This document shows, piece by piece, positions 60,184-64,000 of a stretch of DNA of 64,000 nucleotides. The notes below the pieces were generated by a model. That model was not told the origin of the DNA and did not search any database. It saw only the letters and a program-made list of their open reading frames with translations. How positions within the stretch are numbered: the stretch's first letter is position 1; every line of letters starts with the position of its first letter. The DNA is taken from the NCBI GenBank assembly GCA_963708075.1, contig OY970194.1, forward strand, positions 320,001-384,000. Reading direction: 5' to 3'. The position numbers and the translations under genes were made by a program. This stretch comes from Sedimentisphaerales bacterium. Lineage in GTDB: Bacteria > Planctomycetota > Phycisphaerae > Sedimentisphaerales > Anaerobacaceae.

Positions 60184-61215
60184 ATGCATTTCAGCACTAC
60201 AAACCTCTTCGCAGGATTCGTTGTGTCGTTCGCGTTTGTGGGCGCCGGGCTATCGGCGCCGGAGGCGGGCAAGTCGCCGCTGGATGAGCTGCCGCCGTAC
60301 ATCAGGCAGGTTACGTATTTCGGCGAGCGGGCGGACTGGTCGCACGACGGCAAGCGATTGCTTTTTCTTGAAAAGACCTTCGGCGACGTGTACGAAGTAG
60401 AACTTGCGACCGGCATCGTCCGGCCGATAACGAATCACTACTTCCACGAGGGTTACACGCGTGCGCTCTACCTGAGCAACGGTGATATCCTGCTCTCCGG
60501 CTCGCGGACCTTCGATGCGAGCGATCCGTGGCCCAGCCGGGATGAGAAGAAGGCCGAACTCTGGGTGCTCAAGAAGGACCGTTCGGGCCCGCCCACGCCG
60601 CTGGGCGAGAAATGCTCCGAAGGGCCGGCCGTCTCGCGCAGGAATATGCGCATCGCCTGGACGCAGGGCGGGGCGTTCTACATGGCCAATGTTGTCTATG
60701 ACAACGGCACGCCGAAGCTGGCGAATAAGAAGAAGGTGCTCGACAAGAAGGACCTGCCGTTCAAGTGCGACGTGGAGACGCAAAACTTCCGGCCGCCTGA
60801 GGAGAAGGAGCTGACCTTCAGCGCCTACGGCTATCAGGGCACCGAGGTCATGGGGCTGGACCTCGAAACGGGCAAGGTGACCAACTACTCCAACGCGCCG
60901 GGCCAGTACGACGAGCCGGAGGGCATCTTCCCTGACGGCAGGCACACGCTCGTCGAATGCGACAAGCACGTCCTCAAGGGCAGCCAGTACGACGACATCT
61001 ACAAGCTGGCCTTGGATGGCTCAGGGAATACCGAGCGGCTCACACATTTCAACGATCATCGCGGCTACAAGGCCTCCAACCCGGCGGTCAGCGACGACGG
61101 CAGGTACATCGCCTTTCAGTTTGCCAGGGTTGGCGACCCCGCCGGCGTCGGCCGCGGCCTGCTCGTCCTCGACCTGGACGGCTACGAAAAAGCCAAAACC
61201 TCCACCAAGCCCTGA
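60184..61215 (+). CDS. Exported TolB-like (PD40) beta-propeller protein
   Basis: ADWSHDGKRL, EPEGIFPDG, SNPAVSDDGRYIAFQ. Confidence 0.8.
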   Translation: MHFSTTNLFAGFVVSFAFVGAGLSAPEAGKSPLDELPPYIRQVTYFGERADWSHDGKRLLFLEKTFGDVYEVELATGIVRPITNHYFHEGYTRALYLSNGDILLSGSRTFDASDPWPSRDEKKAELWVLKKDRSGPPTPLGEKCSEGPAVSRRNMRIAWTQGGAFYMANVVYDNGTPKLANKKKVLDKKDLPFKCDVETQNFRPPEEKELTFSAYGYQGTEVMGLDLETGKVTNYSNAPGQYDEPEGIFPDGRHTLVECDKHVLKGSQYDDIYKLALDGSGNTERLTHFNDHRGYKASNPAVSDDGRYIAFQFARVGDPAGVGRGLLVLDLDGYEKAKTSTKP

Positions 61216-61345
61216 GAGAGCGCGTGCCGGAGATTTGGGCCGACACCTATTGACTGCGCACCCTGCTGGGACTAGACTGCCCTTCACGAATGAACTGGAA
61301 GGTGACATCTGGCTGACGGCATTTCCTCTTGGAGGGCTCATCACT

Positions 61346-62602
61346 ATGAATTCCAGCATCAAGATTCTCAATGGCTTAGTTTTGGCTGTGGTTTTGGGGT
61401 GCTGTCACCCCGATCTGTTGTGCGCGGCGGGGTCCGATCTGGACGAGGCAATCCGCAAGGTCCGCATGGGCACGCTGGTGATTGAGGCGTCGCCGGGTGC
61501 CGAGGTTCGCGTGGAGCAATTGCGCCATGAGTTCTGGTTCGGGGCGGCCCTTGCCAGCCAGATGTTTGGCGGGAGAACGAACTCCGAGGATGCGGCCCAG
61601 TACAAAAAGGTCTTCCTGGAGAATTTCAATGCCGCCGTGACGGAGAACGCCCTCAAGTGGCATGCCATGGAACCCCGACAGGGGCAAGTGGATTACTCCA
61701 TCGTCGATGCGATTCTCCAATGGACCGACCAGCACGATATTCCGCTCCGCGGTCACAACATTTTCTGGGGAATTCCCAACCGCGTTCAGCCCTGGCAGAA
61801 GACCATGGACGACGCCACTCTGCGCGAGACCCTCAAGGCACGCGCCCTGGATATTGGGCGTCGCTACCGGGGCCGCTTTGCCGAATACGACCTGAACAAC
61901 GAGATGCTCCACGCGAACTACTACGAGGAGCGTCTGGGCCCGGAGATCACGCGCGACATGGCCTCCTGGGTGCGGCAGGGCGACCCCAACGCGGTGCTCT
62001 TTCTCAACGACTATGACATCCTGACCGGCCGGCGTCTGGACGACTACATTGTTCATATCCGCCGGTTCCTGGATCAGGGTGTGCCGTTCGGTGGCATCGG
62101 CGTGCAGGGGCATCTCCACGGCGATTCATTTGACCCCGCCGCCTTGCAGAACGCGCTGGCCCGGCTGGCTGAGTTCAAGTTGCCCATCTGCATCACCGAG
62201 TTCAACTTCCCCGGCCAGCGGTCCCAGTACTACGGCAAGCGCGGGGCACGTCTGTCCGACGAGGAGGAGCAGGCCAAGGCGAAGGCCATAGTTGACTACT
62301 ATCGCATCTGCTTCGCGCAGCCGGCAGTGAAGGGCATTCTGATGTGGGGATTCTGGGAGGGGGCAAACTGGATTCCGGTATCCTCGCTGTACCGCCGGGA
62401 CTGGTCGCCAACGCCGGCGGCGGAGGCCTACCGCGACCTGGTGTTCAAGCAGTGGTGGACAACGTGGCGCGGGCAGACCGATGCCCAGGGCCGATGCGAG
62501 GTCCGCGTGTTCTACGGGCAGCACCGAATCACCGTCGGCGATAAGGAGATCGTCGTCAACCTGAAGCGGCCGGAACAGACGAAGCAGGTTTCCTTGCGAT
62601 AA
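61346..62602 (+). CDS. GH10 endo-1,4-beta-xylanase-like hydrolase
   Basis: TENALKW, LRGHNIFW, DLNNE (acid/base), GIGVQGH, ICITEF (nucleophile). Confidence 0.92.
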   Translation: MNSSIKILNGLVLAVVLGCCHPDLLCAAGSDLDEAIRKVRMGTLVIEASPGAEVRVEQLRHEFWFGAALASQMFGGRTNSEDAAQYKKVFLENFNAAVTENALKWHAMEPRQGQVDYSIVDAILQWTDQHDIPLRGHNIFWGIPNRVQPWQKTMDDATLRETLKARALDIGRRYRGRFAEYDLNNEMLHANYYEERLGPEITRDMASWVRQGDPNAVLFLNDYDILTGRRLDDYIVHIRRFLDQGVPFGGIGVQGHLHGDSFDPAALQNALARLAEFKLPICITEFNFPGQRSQYYGKRGARLSDEEEQAKAKAIVDYYRICFAQPAVKGILMWGFWEGANWIPVSSLYRRDWSPTPAAEAYRDLVFKQWWTTWRGQTDAQGRCEVRVFYGQHRITVGDKEIVVNLKRPEQTKQVSLR

Positions 62603-62817
62603 GATCGTGCACAGCCTCATGCTCGCTCTGCTGCAATCTCGTCATATACCCTTCGCTCGATCCGCCTCAAATCGCAATTGCAATCTGCTCCCTCCACAGG
62701 TACAGTAACAGCGCCATGCGTGAGGCAATATAGGTCCTATTGGTCGAATGGGTCCCATACGGACGGTGAGTCCGCTTCACGCACAACGTAATAGGGTCGC
62801 TAATCGAGGTGCTGGAA

Positions 62818-63408
62818 ATGGCGGAGCCGAAACCGACTCGAGATGAGGCACTGAGCCTGCTGACGCAGTACAACGAGAACGAGGCGCTGATCAAGCATGC
62901 CCTGGCCGTGGAAGCCGTGATGCGCTATTGTGCTCGCAAGCGGGGGCAGGACGAGGAGCAGTGGGGCGTGATCGGACTGGTCCATGACCTGGATTACGAG
63001 CGGTTCCCCGAGCAGCACTGCCACAAGAGTGCAGAGATCCTTCGCGAGCATCAGTGGCCGGAGGAACACGTCCGGGCTGTTCTGTCCCACGGTTGGGGCA
63101 TCTGCACGGACGTGCAGCCGCAGACCGACCTGGAAAAGACCCTCTACGCGGTGGATGAACTCACAGGACTGGTCGCCGCCACGGCGATGGTTCGGCCGAG
63201 CCGAAGCGTCCTCGACATGGCGGCCAAGTCCGTGAAGAAGAAATGGAAAGAAAAATCCTTTGCCGCCGGTGTGAACCGCGAGGTGATCGAGAAAGGGGCG
63301 CAGATGCTTGGCATAGACGTCAGCGCCCTGATCGAGGACGCCATCATGGGGATGCGCGAGGTGGCGGACGCCATCGGCCTCAAAGGCCAGACCGGCAGCC
63401 CGGAGTGA
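62818..63408 (+). CDS. HD-domain (HDIG-like) hydrolase
   Basis: HALAVEAVM, GLVHDLDYE, AVDELTGL, FAAGVNRE. Confidence 0.9.
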   Translation: MAEPKPTRDEALSLLTQYNENEALIKHALAVEAVMRYCARKRGQDEEQWGVIGLVHDLDYERFPEQHCHKSAEILREHQWPEEHVRAVLSHGWGICTDVQPQTDLEKTLYAVDELTGLVAATAMVRPSRSVLDMAAKSVKKKWKEKSFAAGVNREVIEKGAQMLGIDVSALIEDAIMGMREVADAIGLKGQTGSPE

Positions 63409-63459
63409 ACGCCATCGCGGCTACTGGAAGGACCCATAGAGCTTGGAGATAGCATTTCG

Positions 63460-64000
63460 ATGCACATAGGGAAGGCGAACAACAGGGATAGAACAACACC
63501 GAGCCTGCTGAGTGAAGCCTGCTTACGCAAGCGTAAGCATGGCACCCGGTTCGTGGTCGTTGGCGTTTGTCTGGCGGCACTCCTGCTCTGCATCGCGGGT
63601 TGCGCCACCCACACGAAAGCGGCGTTGACCGAGGAGGAGATTCGGCAAAAGACGCTTGCCTATAGGGTGGAGCGGCCGGATGTGCTGCTCGTCAGTGGCG
63701 AGAGGGTGACATTTGACGACGTGCTGAGCCCGTCGCCCGAGGATGACGCGTCCTCGCCGACGCTGAAGGACAAGCTCATCGAAATGGCCAGGCAGGTGCC
63801 TTTGGAGTCGTTCATGAGGGAGGTCCGGCCTGTCATTCACCAGAGGCTCAACAATAATATCGCCAATATTGTGCTCTACAAGCGGGCCAGGAAGGAACTT
63901 GGCGCGAAGACCGATGAGCAATTGGATCAGATGATGGAGATGGAGCTGAGGAAATTCACCATTGAGCACGGGGGCACCGGGGTGGCGACCGACGCGGCCC
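63460..64000 (+). CDS. Lipoprotein, possibly SurA/PrsA-like foldase (partial, runs off window)
   Basis: Open frame from ATG 63460 (GGAG upstream): ...RKRKHGTRFVVVGVCLAALLLCIAGC lipobox, then a helical region. The foldase call is tentative. Confidence 0.6.
   Translation, partial: MHIGKANNRDRTTPSLLSEACLRKRKHGTRFVVVGVCLAALLLCIAGCATHTKAALTEEEIRQKTLAYRVERPDVLLVSGERVTFDDVLSPSPEDDASSPTLKDKLIEMARQVPLESFMREVRPVIHQRLNNNIANIVLYKRARKELGAKTDEQLDQMMEMELRKFTIEHGGTGVATDAA

Noticed and set aside
61016..61345. N-terminal extension of the GH10 ORF
   Set aside because: It overlaps the upstream gene; the RBS and signal peptide point to ATG 61346.
1..64000. CRISPR array or cas genes
   Set aside because: No run of identical direct repeats with unique spacers; the repeats seen are short palindromes.

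Overview
GC-rich bacterial chromosomal window. Its gene content (pilin-like protein with an H-X9-DG motif, LamG/discoidin surface protein, DUF1570-like protein, HEAT-repeat protein, Tat-exported Gfo/Idh/MocA) suggests a planctomycete, probably Phycisphaerae; this is an inference. In order: a partial ceramidase-like gene, tex, a putative AraC-controlled carbohydrate locus (3.1-14.5 kb), an ~18.5 kb alpha-glucan/trehalose cluster (GH57, malQ | treY, treZ, glgX, glgB, treS-mak, glgE), envelope genes including rodA/ftsW, and a small islet with a degenerate serine recombinase. Next come a ferredoxin and tRNA-Glu(TTC) carrying an ~4.5 kb integrated element bounded by a duplicated tRNA 3' end. The window ends with fabZ-like, Hc1-like, flavodoxin, VOC and DHFR-like genes, a probable 6S RNA, a TolB-like protein, a GH10, an HD protein and a partial lipoprotein. 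Main observations: (1) The integrated element has no integrase, but a start-less reading frame begins at its att core (possible split-integrase tail), and it carries a compact structured RNA leader. (2) Several palindromic repeat families are present, and four copies lie in frame inside malQ, treY (two) and a lipoprotein signal peptide. (3) Six of eight apparent frameshifts fall at GAGAC/GTCTC sites, suggesting methylation-linked basecalling errors rather than real pseudogenes. All calls are by eye; no searches were run.
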